Assembly (NCBI RefSeq): GCF_006345805.1 | Contig: NC_043002.1 | Location: forward strand, 97,650,001-97,714,000 | Length of the DNA stretch: 64,000 nt | Reading direction: 5' to 3' | DNA from: Octopus sinensis | Lineage: Eukaryota | Shown here: piece by piece, positions 47,040 through 59,869 of the stretch | How positions within the stretch are numbered: position 1 is the first letter of the stretch | Layout: each line of letters opens with the position of its first letter | Notes under the pieces: generated by a model | Told to the model about the DNA's origin: nothing | Databases searched by the model: none | Seen by the model: the letters and a program-made list of their open reading frames with translations, nothing else | Translations under genes and position numbers: made by a program

Positions 47040-50000
47040 ATCATCATCATCATCATCATTGTTTAACGTCCACTTTCCATGCTAGTATGGGTTGGACGAT
47101 TTGACTGAGGACTGGCGAACCAGATGGCTGCACCAGACTCCAATCTGATCTGGCAGAGTTTCTACAGCTGAATGCCCTTCCTAACACCAACCACTCTGTG
47201 AGTGTAGTGGGTGCTTTCACATGCCACCTGCACAGGAGCCAGTCCAGTGGCACTGGCAACGACCTTGCCCAAATGTTTTTTTCGCGTGCCACTAGCACAA
47301 GTGCCAGTAAGGTGACACAGGTAACGATCACACTTGAATGGTAGTTTTTACGTGCCATCGGCATGGAGGCCAGTTTGTTGCTCTGGCAACGATCATGCTC
47401 ATATGGTACTCTTAGTGCTCCACTAGCACAGATGCCAGTCATCGAATTTGATTTCGATTTCAATTTCATTTGCCTCAACAGGTCTTCGCAAGCAGAGTTT
47501 AGTGTCCAATGAAGGAAAGGTACTCAAAAGTGGGCTGGTTACACCCCTGGCATAGGCCACAGGGTTATGGTCTCACTTGAACTTGCCGAGTCTTCTCAAG
47601 CACAGCATATTTCCAAAGGTCCCGGTCACTAGTCATTGCCTCAGTGAGGCCCAATGTTCGAAGGTCATGCTTCGCAATCTCATCCCAGCTCTTCCTGGGT
47701 CTACCTCTTCCATAGGTTCCCTCAACTGCTAGGGTGTGGCACTTTTTCACACAGCTATCCACATCCATTCTCGCTACATGACCATACCAGCAGAGTTGTC
47801 TCTCTTGTACACCACATCTGATGCTTCTTAGGTCAAACTTTTCTCTCAAGGTACTAACACTCTGTCAAGTATGCACACTGATATTACACATCCATCGGAG
47901 CTTCATTCCTTGCAAGCTTACGCATGTCCCCAGCAGTCACGGCTCATGTTTCACTGCCATGTAGCATGGCTGTTTGTACACATGCATCATACAGTCTACC
48001 TTTTACTCTGAGCGAGAGGCTCTTTGTAACCAGCAGAGGTAAGAGCTTTCTGAACTTTGCCCAGCTATTCTTATTCTAGCAGCTACACTTTCAGTGCACC
48101 CTCCCCCGCTACTGACTTGGTCACCTAGGTAATGGAAGCTATCAACTACTTCTAGTTTTTCTCCCTGGAATGTGGCGGAAGTTGCTCTCTGCACATTTTC
48201 AGTGTATATTGCTCCTGAGCATCTGCCACATATAAAAACTATCTTCCCAGTTAGCCTTCCTTTGATATTGCTGCACTTCTTATGTGTCCATAGCTTACAC
48301 TGGGTACATCTTATAAAGTTTCTACTTACGCCTTTTCTACAGATCAAGCAGGGCCATCTACATGAAGAGACTTGTGGTTTGCCTTCCTACTTATTAGGGC
48401 TTTGGTTTTAGCTATGTTGACTCTTAGGCCCTTCAATTCTAATCCTTGTTTCCACACTTGAAACTTCTCCTCTAGTTCTGATAGTAACTCAGCAATTCGA
48501 GCAAGGTAGTCAGCATAGAGGAGCTCCCAGGGACAGCCTGTCTTGAATTCCTCCGTTATTGCCTGGAGGACTATGATAAATAGGAGGGGGCTGGTGGACC
48601 CCTACCTCTACCCAGAATTCTTCACTGTATTTGTTGCCAGCCCTCACCTTCCTGATAGTGTCCCTGTACATGGCTTGCACAGCTCTCACTAACCATTCAT
48701 CTATCCCTAGTTTCCTCATTGACCACCAGATAAGGGATCAGGGGACCCTGTCAAAGGCTTTCTCCATGTCAATGAAAGCCAAGTACAGAGGTTTATCTTT
48801 GGCTAGGTATTTCTCCTGCAGCTGTCTTACCAGAAATATAGCATTGGTGGTGCTTTTCCCTGGCACGATCCCAAACTGCATCTCATCTAAACTGACTCTC
48901 TCCCTAATTAGTTGTGCTATGACCCTCTCCGTGACCATCATTACCTGATCCAACAACTTGATACCTCTGTAATTATTTGTATCTAATGCATCACCTTTAC
49001 CTTTGTAGCAGTTGACTATAGTACTGCTACACCAGTTACTGGGTATGACTCCTTCGTGTATCACCTGGTTAACTATATGGGTGACTAGGCTATAGACGAC
49101 ACTGTCAGATATTTTGAGCATCTCTGCAGTAATTCCTGATGGGCCGGGGGCTTTCCCTGTCTTCATACTCTTAATTGCTTTATCTACCAAGGTACTGTCA
49201 ACTCGGATAGCTGGTCCCTCTGTTGGGTCAACATTCGGCAGACTCTCTTTCTCCCATTCATTTTCTTTATTGAGCAACATTTCATAGTGGTGTCTCCAAA
49301 CCTCTCTCTTTGCAGCCTCATTTAGTGCAAGAGAACCATCATCCATGCAGACACATTTCTCTCCTACATCACAATTCTCTCTCACACACTGTCTTGCAAC
49401 ATGAAATACCTCAAGTCTTTGGTCCTCATGGCGCAGAACACTGGCAAATTTTTTCTTATCTGTTTCCCCTCTGGCTAAATAAACCTGTTTCCTAGCTTCC
49501 CTTCTGGCAGTCTAATACAATTCCCTGCTACCACCATTCTTCCAGTCCTTCCAAGCTTGTTTATTTTCTCTAATAGCCCTGTCAACGACATTGTTCCACC
49601 ACCTCATTATTTTAGGTCAAGAGGGGACTTTGCACCATCCATAGATCTGGTCAGTGGCTCTCAGCTGGTTGTCCCATAGAAACCTCCAGTTGTCTTCTAC
49701 ACAGTGTGAATCTATATCCCCTTCTATTTCGTCAAAGGCTTCAAGTAATATGTCTCTAAATCTCTGTCCATTTGCAGGATCTTTAAGCTTCCACACCCTT
49801 CTCCTCCATGCTGGTCGTCTTCTGGGCGTCCACTTAGCCCTGATCCTAAAGTCACTAACTACTAGTCTATGTTGTGGGGTACATTCTTCGCCTGGGAAGG
49901 TTTTGGCATTTATAAGCAGCCATCTTTCCCTTTTTTCTGGCGAGGATGTAGTCAATTTGGCTAGTGTGTATGCGAGATTGGTAGGTGACTAGGTGACTGG

Positions 50001-50660
50001 CAGGTTTCCTGAAATTAGTATTGCAAACCATAAGATCATTTGCATCGCAGAACTCCAGCAGCCTGGTTTCCTCCTCGTTGCGGGAACCATAACCATAGCC
50101 TCCATGTATGCCATGGAAGCCCCTGTATGTTGTCCCAACATTTCCATTGAAGTCACCAGCCACAAAGAGAAGGTCCCTGTCATTCATCAATGAGGTAGTC
50201 TGCAAGAGGATGTAGTAGAATTGGTCTTTCTGTCCATCGGGTAGCCCCAGCTGAGGGGCATAGGCCGATATAATGGTTGCTAACCCATGAGGAAGCACTA
50301 ATCTAATCCTAAGTATTCTGTCATATACTCTGACTACCTCGATTACCTTATCCACCCATTTCTCAGCAAGAAGTATACCCATGCCCCTGACCTCATCAGT
50401 GTTCCCCACCCAGAAAATCTTGTACCTGTGTTCTTTGCCTGTGAGGAACCTAGCAGAACCTCCTCTCCACCTTACTTCTTGGATGCAGCACATATCGACA
50501 CATCTCCGTTCAACCATCTCCTCAATCTCACTAGACCTACCTTTCAGTGTGCCAACCCTGAGGGTGTGGGAGGTATGGGCCCGTGAGACCCAGGGACGGG
50601 GGACAGTAGCTTCATGTACCTGAAAAGAAAGCTCGCATTTGGCAGAATTCATAAACAAAC
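47040..50660 (-). mobile_element. Near-full-length, inactivated RTE-clade LINE (APE endonuclease and RT with inserted PHD finger)
   Basis: CIQEVRW...SAYAPQ...GDFNGNVG...SQIDYIL (APE); KAPGPSGI...YRGIKLL...QFG...LAFIDMEKAFDRV; YADD changed to YADY (48506-48517); YLGD; (CAT)n tail at 47040; several frameshifts. Confidence 0.93.
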
Positions 50661-50899
50661 AATAGCCTTCAGTTCAACCTGCATACACTACAGTATCATA
50701 TTTTTACATTATATGATCACTAACTTACATAGGAGATAACCCTAAGTAGGGGTGGGGTTGGCGTAAAGCCTTTAGAAGTGTTCATGGGAGACAACTAAGG
50801 ATGACAAAGGATAGGAACGATAGGAACTTCCAGTACAGGTGGAGGGGGTAGGATGGCGGGCGTACCTCAAACTAGGAAGTTTAGAGGAGAGCATCTTCT

Positions 50900-51765
50900 G
50901 CGTGCGCTGGTTTATATGTGGTGGTGTTGGTGGAGTTGGTGGAAGTCCTGGCGAAGCGCGTGGTAATCGAAAGAGGGAGAGAGAGATAGAGTGAGGCCGA
51001 GACAGAGAGATAGAGTGAAATAGAGAGAGAGAGGGGGAAGTGGTCAAGAGCACGAGGGAGGAAAATATTCTTTAGGGATCTGCATAGCATATTTAACGAA
51101 ACAGCAAATGTTGATAATAGTATAATAGACTTGGAAAATCTGAGAGTTTTCGGTCAGACAATCTAAGACAAAATTAAAGTAATAAGTGACTGTGTGATAA
51201 AACTTTAATACATGAATGAATCAATGAATATGTTGCAGTTAACAAGGAAGACAAGACTATTGAAAGCTATATTTACATGATGACATCGTACTGAAATAGA
51301 TAGAATAACGAAAAGAACTAATAGGGGGTTCATGATCTGCACAGAAATTAAAGAGTAGATGAAATAAAGTTGAAAAGACAAAACTTCTTATCTGAGTACC
51401 TTCTCGGATTCGGATTCTTCGGCAGGGGATTGAAAGCGAGTGGGGGAGTTCGTGTGCGTGTGCTAGTTTATATATATAGGGTGGTGGTGGTGGTGGAGTA
51501 GGAAGTCTTGGCGAAGCGAGTGGTAATCGAAAGTGGGAGAGAGAGAGAGAGACAGAGTGAGGCCTAGAGAAAGAGAGAGAGAGAGACAAAGAGAGACAGA
51601 GTGAAATAGAGAGAGAGGGGGGAAGTGGTCAAGAACAGAGGGAGGAAAATATTCTTTTGCGATCTGTGTAGCATATTTAACGAGACAACAAATGTTAATA
51701 ATAGTAAAATAGACTTGAGAAATCTGAGAGTTTTCGGTCAGACAATCTAAGACAAAATTAGAGTA
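50900..51765. repeat. Direct repeat of a ~290-bp GA-rich unit upstream of the RTE ORF
   Basis: GGAAGTC(C/T)TGGCGAAGCG(C/A)GTGGTAATCGAAAG...AGACAAAATTA at about 50900-51180 and about 51460-51765. Confidence 0.75.
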
Positions 51766-52084
51766 ATTTTTAAATTTTGTCTTAAAGATAAATTTTGTTA
51801 AAAGGACAAGCAAACCTATATTAATATTAAATTAAGAGGTATAATATAGATTATGAAAGTTATTTGTGTTAATCGATAAATAATATTACATTTTCTAAGG
51901 AGTACTTAATTGGAAGGGCTATTTAAGACCAATATAAATATCAAAATTAGGGGGATGGAACATTTTAAGAAAAGGGATAAAAAATTTTATTGCTAAAACT
52001 GTTTTGAACAATATGTCATTTTTTTATATAAGGTTGAAATGTAATGGCAATCATGGAGATTTACCATTTAGGTGAGAGAACAAA

Positions 52085-52481
52085 TCTTTATATATAAAAC
52101 TGTAGTTGTGTGAGTGTCTGTCTCCTACGATTTAGATTCCTAACTACTCCCACATTTTGCGGTGCAGTTTAACCAAAACCGGGTATCTTATAGTCGTGAT
52201 TCATATCGAGCCCTTCTGGGTATAAGCGTGCGTCTACGATGAGTCTACGATTTTAAAAATAATTTACCATCATTTTTTCTATTTTAATGCATAATTTTTT
52301 AAATATAAAGGAAGTAACTCTCTAAAAATGTCAACGATGAGTCAACGATTTTTAAAAAAATTTACCATAATTTTTTTTCCATTTTTAATGCATTTTTTGC
52401 TATTTTTTGGCTATAACTCTCTAAAAATGCTTTATAGTTATTTCCCTTACAAACCCGAGCAACGTCGGGCGATACTGCTAG
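52085..52481 (+). mobile_element. Non-autonomous Helitron with boundaries proven by an empty site
   Basis: A|TC...CTAG|T with no TSD; hairpin CCCGA-gcaacg-TCGGG 8 nt from CTAG; empty paralogous site GAGAACAAA-TATATTATAAA at about 56040. Confidence 0.93.
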
Positions 52482-52499
52482 TATATTATAAATTAGTTA

Positions 52500-52880
52500 A
52501 ATCTTAATTCACTGGTGGGAGGGGTCTAGTCAATTACACTGACCCCAGTGTTTCCCCGAAAGGATGAAAGGCAAAGTCGACCTCAGCGGAATTTGAACTT
52601 AGAACGTAAAGATAGATGAAATACCGCTAAGCATTTCTACCAGTTCGCCGCATTTTTAATAATAATAATAATCCTTTCTACTTATCGGTACAAGGCCTGG
52701 AATTGGGGGGAGGGGACCAATTGATTACATCGCAACTGGTACTTTATTTATCGACCCCAAAAGGATGAAAGTCAAAGTCGACCTCGGCGGCATTTGAACT
52801 CAGAATGAGATGACAGACAAAATACCGCTAAGCATTTTGCCCTGCGTGCTAACAATTCTACCAGCTCACCACCTTTTTAA
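52500..52880 (-). mobile_element. Two SINE C copies
   Basis: Cores at about 52555-52620 and 52750-52870. Confidence 0.8.
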
Positions 52881-52911
52881 TAACAATAATAATAATAATA
52901 ATAATAATAAT

Positions 52912-53465
52912 GCCCTGATGTAGTACCAGGCAGTGGCTCTCATGGCTTCTGATCTTAACTGATTGGAAGTGTTATCATGTACATTGTTTTGTCTTGGTAT
53001 AAAAGATGGGCTACAGCAAATATTCTGCTCAATACCACAGATTTGCTTGTCAGTTGTTTGACCTTAACCAGTTGAGCATGTCCCTTAGTGGCTGACGATA
53101 TGTGCATCTCTGATCACGAGCAGAAGTAGTGGGGGAGCATCATAGCCATGTGTTGAGAGGGATTCTTTGGGGTTTGAATAATTCACCTCTGGAAACATGG
53201 GTGTGTTGTTCAACATCCTTAAACAACTCTTATTCAGGGACCTTTCGAGTGGGATGGGTTACTCGACCTGAAGAAAATTCTAACTGGGCCCCACCTGCAA
53301 GGTCATGTGCTGTTTATCTTGATATGAGATCACCATGTCGCGCACATATGGTTGTGATGCATGTGCCTAGTGTACCCTTATCAGATGGGTAGTCATGATG
53401 GGTATACTGGGCTTCGTATATTTTACCCCAGTGTCACTTTGATGGCATGCACTGCTCTCTCACTC
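52912..53465 (+). mobile_element. Family E element, complete
   Basis: (AAT)n-GCCCTGATG...CTCTCTCACTC-(AAT)n; 554 bp; no long ORF and no clear pol III boxes. Confidence 0.88.
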
Positions 53466-53489
53466 AATAATAATAATAATAATAAATTC

Positions 53490-53843
53490 TTTTATTAGCC
53501 ACAAGGGCTCTCATACAAAACATTAAAAGATATACAACGACATTAAAAGACAAAAATAGGACGACACAATGGGTTTTCGCGTGTTCGCAGTATAAATACA
53601 GTTAAAAATTAAATAAATTAAATTCCCTATAGGAGAGGCGCTTTAAGGTCCTCGTGGAAAAACCCACCAAAGCCACAGGTGCCTGAACAACAGAGCAAGA
53701 ACCCTTCTTTTTTTTTACAGTGCACGCTCAGAATTGGTCCTTTCACACTGGCCATTCTTCCAACAACAAACTAGCTACAAGGCAACACTTCCCTCTCCAC
53801 CCTCAACTTCATTTTCAAGTTGATTAGGACTTAGCCCTCTCCA
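53490..53843 (-). mobile_element. Probable Tx1-like LINE 3' end
   Basis: Minus-strand LKMKLRVEREVL...GRMASVKG, then a 3' UTR ending in AATAAAAG; family call from recall. Confidence 0.45.
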
Positions 53844-54429
53844 ATAATAATAATAATCCTTAAATCCTTAAAAATGTTTTAGCCCGAAGGCCGCAGCCAT
53901 GCTGGGGCACCACCGCGGTATTTCGTCTATCTTTACGTTCTAAGTTTAAATTCCGCCGAGGTCGACTTTGCCTTTCATCCTTTCGGGGTCGATAATAATA
54001 ATAATGAAATTATTGTGTATAGTGCTCAGGTGCACTACAACGCATCAAAGGTGCATATACAGTACATAGAATTATGTATAAAAGTCAGGAAAGTGAACAG
54101 TGTATGAGTGAACAGGGTGATTCATAAGTCGCCATACATAGGAACAATTTATCTTTTTTTATAAGAAACAGTTTATAAGAACAGTTTTTTCTCTTTATTT
54201 AACAGGCTCTATAGGGTTACCATTGTGGTAACCAAATAGAAATTATTCTTTGTGGCTAATGGCGTGAGTCCTGATTGGAGGAGGAGGAGGAGGAGGAGGA
54301 GGAGGAGGAGGAGGAGGAGGAAGAAGAAGAAGAAGAAGAAGAAGAAGAAGAAGAAGAAGAAGAAGAAAGCGTTTTATGCAGGAGAGAACTTGGGAATTAA
54401 TAAATTAATTACAATTAATTACAAAGGCC

Positions 54430-54620
54430 ACTGAAAAGGTTGAATGTATTGCACCGATGGTGCCTAAACAGAATACTCAAGACTACTCACAGGGGACAGA
54501 ATCACAAACTCCGATGTCTTGAGAAGAGCCAATCAGCGCAGCTCACGGGAGATTGTGGAGGAAAGAAGAGGTTTCCGACTTGTCAGAAGAACGGATACCC
54601 GAGACAATTAATTATAGGAT
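54430..54620 (+). mobile_element. RTE-type RT C-terminal fragment
   Basis: LKRLNVLHRWCLNRILK...DRITNSDVLRRA. Confidence 0.65.
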
Positions 54621-54944
54621 CTTTTTTTCCATCTCAAGCACAGATTTTTTAATCATATCTTTTAACTACAGACGATGTGAAGTAACATTGCCCGACCTGG
54701 GAAGATATAAAGGACTAACTTAAAACCGGGGTGACTGGGGATATCTTGGTAGCCGATGTACACGGGAGGAACTAAGATTAAAAATAAGACCTAAATTAGA
54801 AGCCATAATTCATAATTTTTATTTTCCTCTGCCTTATGGTTCCACCCATTATTCAAAATACACGCTATTCCTTTAGTACTGACCTTTTGCATTATTATAT
54901 TAACCTTAGAATATTTTCGTTAATACCTCTGGGATCTCTTTCTC

Positions 54945-55562
54945 TTTTCTCTTTTACTTGTTTCAGTCAGTTGACTGCAGCCATGCTGGAGCACCGCCTT
55001 TAGTCGAGCAAATCGACCCCAGAACTTATTCTTCGTAAGCCTATTGCTTATTCTACCGGTCTCTCACTTTTGCCGAACCGCTAAGTTACGGGGACGTAAA
55101 CACTCGATGTTGTGGGGACAGACACAGACACACACACGAAGGGCTTCTTTCAGTTTCCGTCTACCAAATCCACTCACAAGGCTTTGGTCAGCCTGAGGCT
55201 ATAATAGAATGCACTTGCCCGACTTTAATCGAGCAACTCAAGCCCTGGACTTATTCTTTGTAAGCCCAGTACTTATTCTATCGGTCTCTTTTTGCCGAAC
55301 CTCCAAGTGACGGGGACATAAACACACCAGCATCGGTTGTCAAGCAATGCTAGTGGGACAAACACAGACACACACACATATATATATATATATACATATA
55401 TACGACGGGCTTCTTTCAGTTTCCGGTCTACCAAATCCACTCACAAGGCTTTGGTCGGCCCGAGGCTATAGCAGAAGACACTCGCCCAAGATGCCACGCA
55501 GTGGGACTGAACCCCGAACCATGTGGTTGGTAAGCAAGCTACTTACCACACAGCCACTCCTG
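54945..55562 (-). mobile_element. Two SINE B copies in tandem
   Basis: About 54945-55210 and 55210-55562. Confidence 0.85.
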
Positions 55563-55954
55563 TAATACGTCAAGATAAAGATTTTTTTTTTAAAAATACC
55601 TTTGAAATATCGTGTCTGCGTCCGAACGAGACACATAAAACATCCTTCCAAGAAGCGTTCGCAATAAATAACGTTTTATAAAATGAAAGTTTTTCTTTTA
55701 GTTAAGTCATTTGACATTTGGTAATCCTTGAAACCGCTTTTGTTCAATTTTTTTTCTTTATACACATGGCACATAATGCATATCTACTAATAACATAATT
55801 TGACATCAGATTCGATCTCGTTTAGCCGTAAATCTTTAGGAACGAAACATTTCGTTTACTTTAAAGTATACAATTAACACTGACTAAAATTGTAGGTATT
55901 GAATATAAATCGGGGTAAACTATTACTATTACTGATGAAAATATATATCAGCGG

Positions 55955-56515
55955 CTAAAGCTATTTTGAACAATATGTCATTTTTTTGTATAAGGTTGAA
56001 ATGTAATGGCAATCATGGTGATTTACCATTTAGGTGAGAGAACAAATATATTATAAATTAGTTAAATCTTAATTCACTGGTGGGAGGGGTCTAGTCAATT
56101 ACACTGACCCCAGTGTTTCCCCGAAAGGATGAAAGGCAAAGTCGACCTCGGCGGAATTTGAACTTAGAACGTAAAGATAGACGAAATACCTATTTCTTTA
56201 TTACCCACAAGGGGCTAAACACAGAGGGGACAAACAAGGACAGACATAGGTATTAAGTCGATTACATCTACCCCAGTGCGTAACTGGTACTTAATTTATC
56301 GACCCCGAAAGGATGAAAGGCAAAGTCGACCTCGGCGGAATTTGAACTCACAACGTAACGCAGACGAAATACCGCTAAGCATCTACCAGTTCTCCCCCTT
56401 TTTATTGTATAATAATAATAATAATAATAATATAATAATAATAATAATAATCCTTTCTACATATCGGTACAAGGCCTGGAATTTGGGGGAGGGGACCAAT
56501 TGATTACATTGCAAC
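55955..56515. repeat. Local segmental duplicate of about 51990-52740 lacking the Helitron
   Basis: Collinear match on both sides of the Helitron site; extra SINE C at about 56190-56350; flanked by ~100-bp direct repeats (55841-55953, 56513-56612). Confidence 0.85.
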
Positions 56516-57359
56516 GAAACATTTCATTACAATTAACACTGACTAAAATTGTAGATATTGAATAAAATCGGGGTAAACTATTACTATTACTGATGAAAAT
56601 ATATATCAGCGGTGGTGCCCCAGCATGGCCGCAGCCTTCGGGCTAAAACATTTTTAAGGATTTAAGGATTTATAAAATGAGCGGAAGTCGAACCAGTGAG
56701 TGTGTTAGATTATAAGGCATTAAGACGATATGATTCTTCCTAAACACAACACAAATTACTAATGAAATTTTACCTAGAGAACGAATGATTTCTGCGGGTC
56801 TAAAGCACATCAAAGACCCTAAGGAACACAAATTTTACCGTTAAAGGAAAATGGGTGACACTTCTTTAACTCATTAATAAAATGATTTTCCCACGTGGGT
56901 TCGTTAAATTTTTACTAATACACCTATTTCACTACGAAGGTGAAATTTCGCTAAAAAGAACGAGTGATTTCTGACAGTTTTATTTGTGAGGTTCGTTCAA
57001 AACACCTCAAAAAGCAAAGGAAAAACAAATTTCACCTTCAAAAGTGAGATGAATGCAATAGTAAAAAATTTATCAAGACTGAACGGTGAGAGAAGTGGAT
57101 TTAACATTCTGAACATCTTGGGTAGAAATGGGGAAGGGTCACACCAAGAGAGCGGAAATAAATGTACCGAGAAGTTGTATAAAATCTGAGGAACATATAG
57201 GATGTGAAAGATGAGATGATGATGGCGGATTTTACAAGTTTAATAAGATTAATCATTAAAATATATTATTTAACATCTTCCATTAGAATTGCACCTCTCT
57301 GAAAACTCATATCTTATTTATTTTTTTATCCTCGCACTCTACCTAACTTGAAATTATTC

Positions 57360-57759
57360 GGCGATCTTTCGTCAGTAGACCTTTCCGTCGATTTCTGTAA
57401 AAAATTTATTTTTTTACATATGGGCTTGCGGGAACTTTTGAAGTAATATACATACATATACACATAGACCGAGTAAAAAATTTCAGTTATCTCTTTCTTT
57501 CACACATTACTCTGTCTCTTCACACACACTAACAGAAGCACTTCACTTACACAACATACTGTCTGTCTACCACACCCCATCAAACACACACACATGTCCA
57601 TTAATGCTCCCATGCACGGTAACTTCCCTCGTCATACAATCGCTTTCTCTTAGTCTCTTTCGCTCTCATTACTTCATAAGTTCCCGCAAGCCCATATGTA
57701 AAAAAAAAAATTCTTTTACGGAAATCGACGGAAAGGTCTACTAGAGACGAAAGATTGCC
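57360..57759. mobile_element. MITE with ~95-bp TIRs, GG termini and 8-bp TSD (Merlin-like)
   Basis: GGC(G/A)ATCTTTCGTC termini; TSD AATTATTC (57352-57359, 57760-57767). Confidence 0.85.
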
Positions 57760-57849
57760 AATTATTCAAATAAAACATAAGCCACCCAAATTAGGACAGC
57801 AAATACTGCAGGTTCTTCTGTTCATCTGAACAAGCATAATTGTTTTTCA

Positions 57850-58065
57850 TTACTATTCCACTAATTGCTATAGTCACCATCCATCCGTCCGTCCATTCCC
57901 TCTACCCACTATTCCTTGGAGTGTGGGATAAAGTCCTCAAGCACTCCTGCATAAAGTCTTATCAGAAGCAATTAACCATTACACTTTCCGACTGTATTTC
58001 CAAGCATGACCCACGAAGGCTGTATGTATTATCCAGCCATCTTGTTCTTGGTCCACCCCTCTAAT
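57850..58065 (-). mobile_element. RTE-type C-terminal fragment
   Basis: Minus-strand RGGPRTRWLD resembles RGRPRTRWLD. Confidence 0.45.
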
Positions 58066-58172
58066 AATATGAGTTTCAAATTCTAACATAAGGTCAGAGC
58101 CCCTCTTATAATATAAAAAGGAAAACTGGAGCTGTTTTCAAATCTTACATTGAAAGCTTATATCCTCAATAT

Positions 58173-58500
58173 TTTTAAAGACTCCGCCGGTTACGACGAC
58201 GAGGGTCCCAGCTGATACGATCAACGGAACAGCTTGCTCGTGAAATTAACGTGCAAATGGCTGAGCATTCCACAGACACGTGTACCCTTAACGTAGTTCT
58301 CGGGGATAATCAGCGTGACACAGAGAGTGACAAGGCTGACCCTTTGAAATACAAGTACAACTCATTTTTGCCAGCTGAGTGGACTGGAGCAACGTGAAAT
58401 AAAGTGTCTTGCTCAAGGACACAACGCGTCGCCGGGAATCGAACTCACAACCTTACGATCATGAGCCGAATGCCCTAACCACTAAGCCACGCGCCCTCAC
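58173..58500 (-). mobile_element. Chimeric SINE: D head and core with family A tail
   Basis: A single TSD TATCCTCAATAT (58161-58172, 58501-58512) flanks the whole unit. Confidence 0.9.
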
Positions 58501-58596
58501 TATCCTCAATATATGCAGATTTAGATTACATTACGTAAGCTTTCGTCTAAGATGTTCTCCTTGTAAGATATCATCAATATAACAATGTGTGTCAAA

Positions 58597-58878
58597 ATGT
58601 GACGAACGTAAAGAATACGTACACCCGGTGTTTAGGGTTAGAGTTAGGGTTTTTGTTACGCCAAAAACCGGTGGTGTACGCATTCTGGTGGCTAACCTTC
58701 GTTTTGTGTCACTTATCAGCTGTTAGGGTGCAGCGTTCGGTAAATTCCGTAAGGGATTTTTATTTGTTTTTTTGAACTGGAAATGTACATTTCGTTTGAT
58801 GTCAGCACAAAGTGAAAGAGAGAGAGAGAAAATGATAGGGATGTGTGTATATGTTGATGGTGGGGTGCGAGATAGAAA

Positions 58879-58911
<33 letters not shown>

Positions 58912-59293
58912 GTGTTGATGTGTGTGTGTGTGAGGAGAGAGAGAGAGAGAGGTATGTGTGTGTAAGGGAGAGTGAGTGACTGTACATTTTTTTAAATTTA
59001 TTTTTCCTCATCTTTTTTTAGTAATTAACTGAGAGAGAGAAAGAGTGATAGCGTAAGGCCTCTCTCTCTCTTTAACCGAGAATGTAGAAAAGGAGAAATC
59101 AAAGTCTTCAGTGTGAGTATGTGGTTTGTGGGGTCAACTACGTCCTCCGCTTTTTTTTTTTTTGTTAATCACTCATTCTCATTTAATTGTATATATTTTA
59201 ATTGTTTGTTTATTCATGTTTCGTCTCATTCGATACCCTGACCCCCAACGTTTGTTTTGTCCCCTCTTTTTCTCAACCTTATGGTGAATAAAG

Positions 59294-59336
<43 letters not shown>

Positions 59337-59869
59337 CAAACACACACTAAAAAAAGATGCGAGAAAAAATAAGTAAATAAAATTTACGCTATCTCTCTCT
59401 CTCTCTCGCTCCGTCTCACATACTTTTCACTCCCCCCCTCTCTCTCTCTCTCTCTTTCCGACAACACACACCTCCCTCTCTCAGTCAATCACTCACGCAC
59501 TCGCTCAAAAATGATGCGAGGAAAAATAAATTTTAAAAAATGTACACTGTCACTCTCTCTCTCTCTCCCTCACACACACATCAACACACCTCTCTCTCAC
59601 ACACACACACTTTCTATCTCGCACCCCACCATCAACATATACACACATCCCTGTCATTTTCTCTCTCTCTCTCTCTCTCTCTCTCTTTCACTTTGTGCTG
59701 ACATCAAACGAAATGTACATTTCCAGTTAAAAAAAAAAACAAATAAAAATTCCTTACGGAATTTACCGAACTCTGTACCTTAACAGCTGATAAGACCATT
59801 CATTGACAACTCTGTGACTCAAAACAATCGATCGCCCCACCCCACCCGTATTCTTTACCTCCGTCACAT
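58597..59869. mobile_element. Foldback element with long microsatellite-rich inverted arms
   Basis: ATGTGACG...GTAAAGAATACG at both ends; arms about 58597-59060 and 59290-59869; TTAGGG-like motifs in the left arm; no TSD found. Confidence 0.75.

Noticed and set aside
47565-50658. Active LINE
   Set aside because: Multiple frameshifts and the catalytic YADD changed to YADY.
52912-52935. Hammerhead at the 5' end of family E (CCCTGATG)
   Set aside because: CUGAUG is followed by U or C rather than A, and there is no helix II-GAAA.
55931-55951. Hammerhead (CTGATGAAAATATATATCAG), also at 56590
   Set aside because: Simple hairpin; no helix II followed by GAAA and no NUH site.
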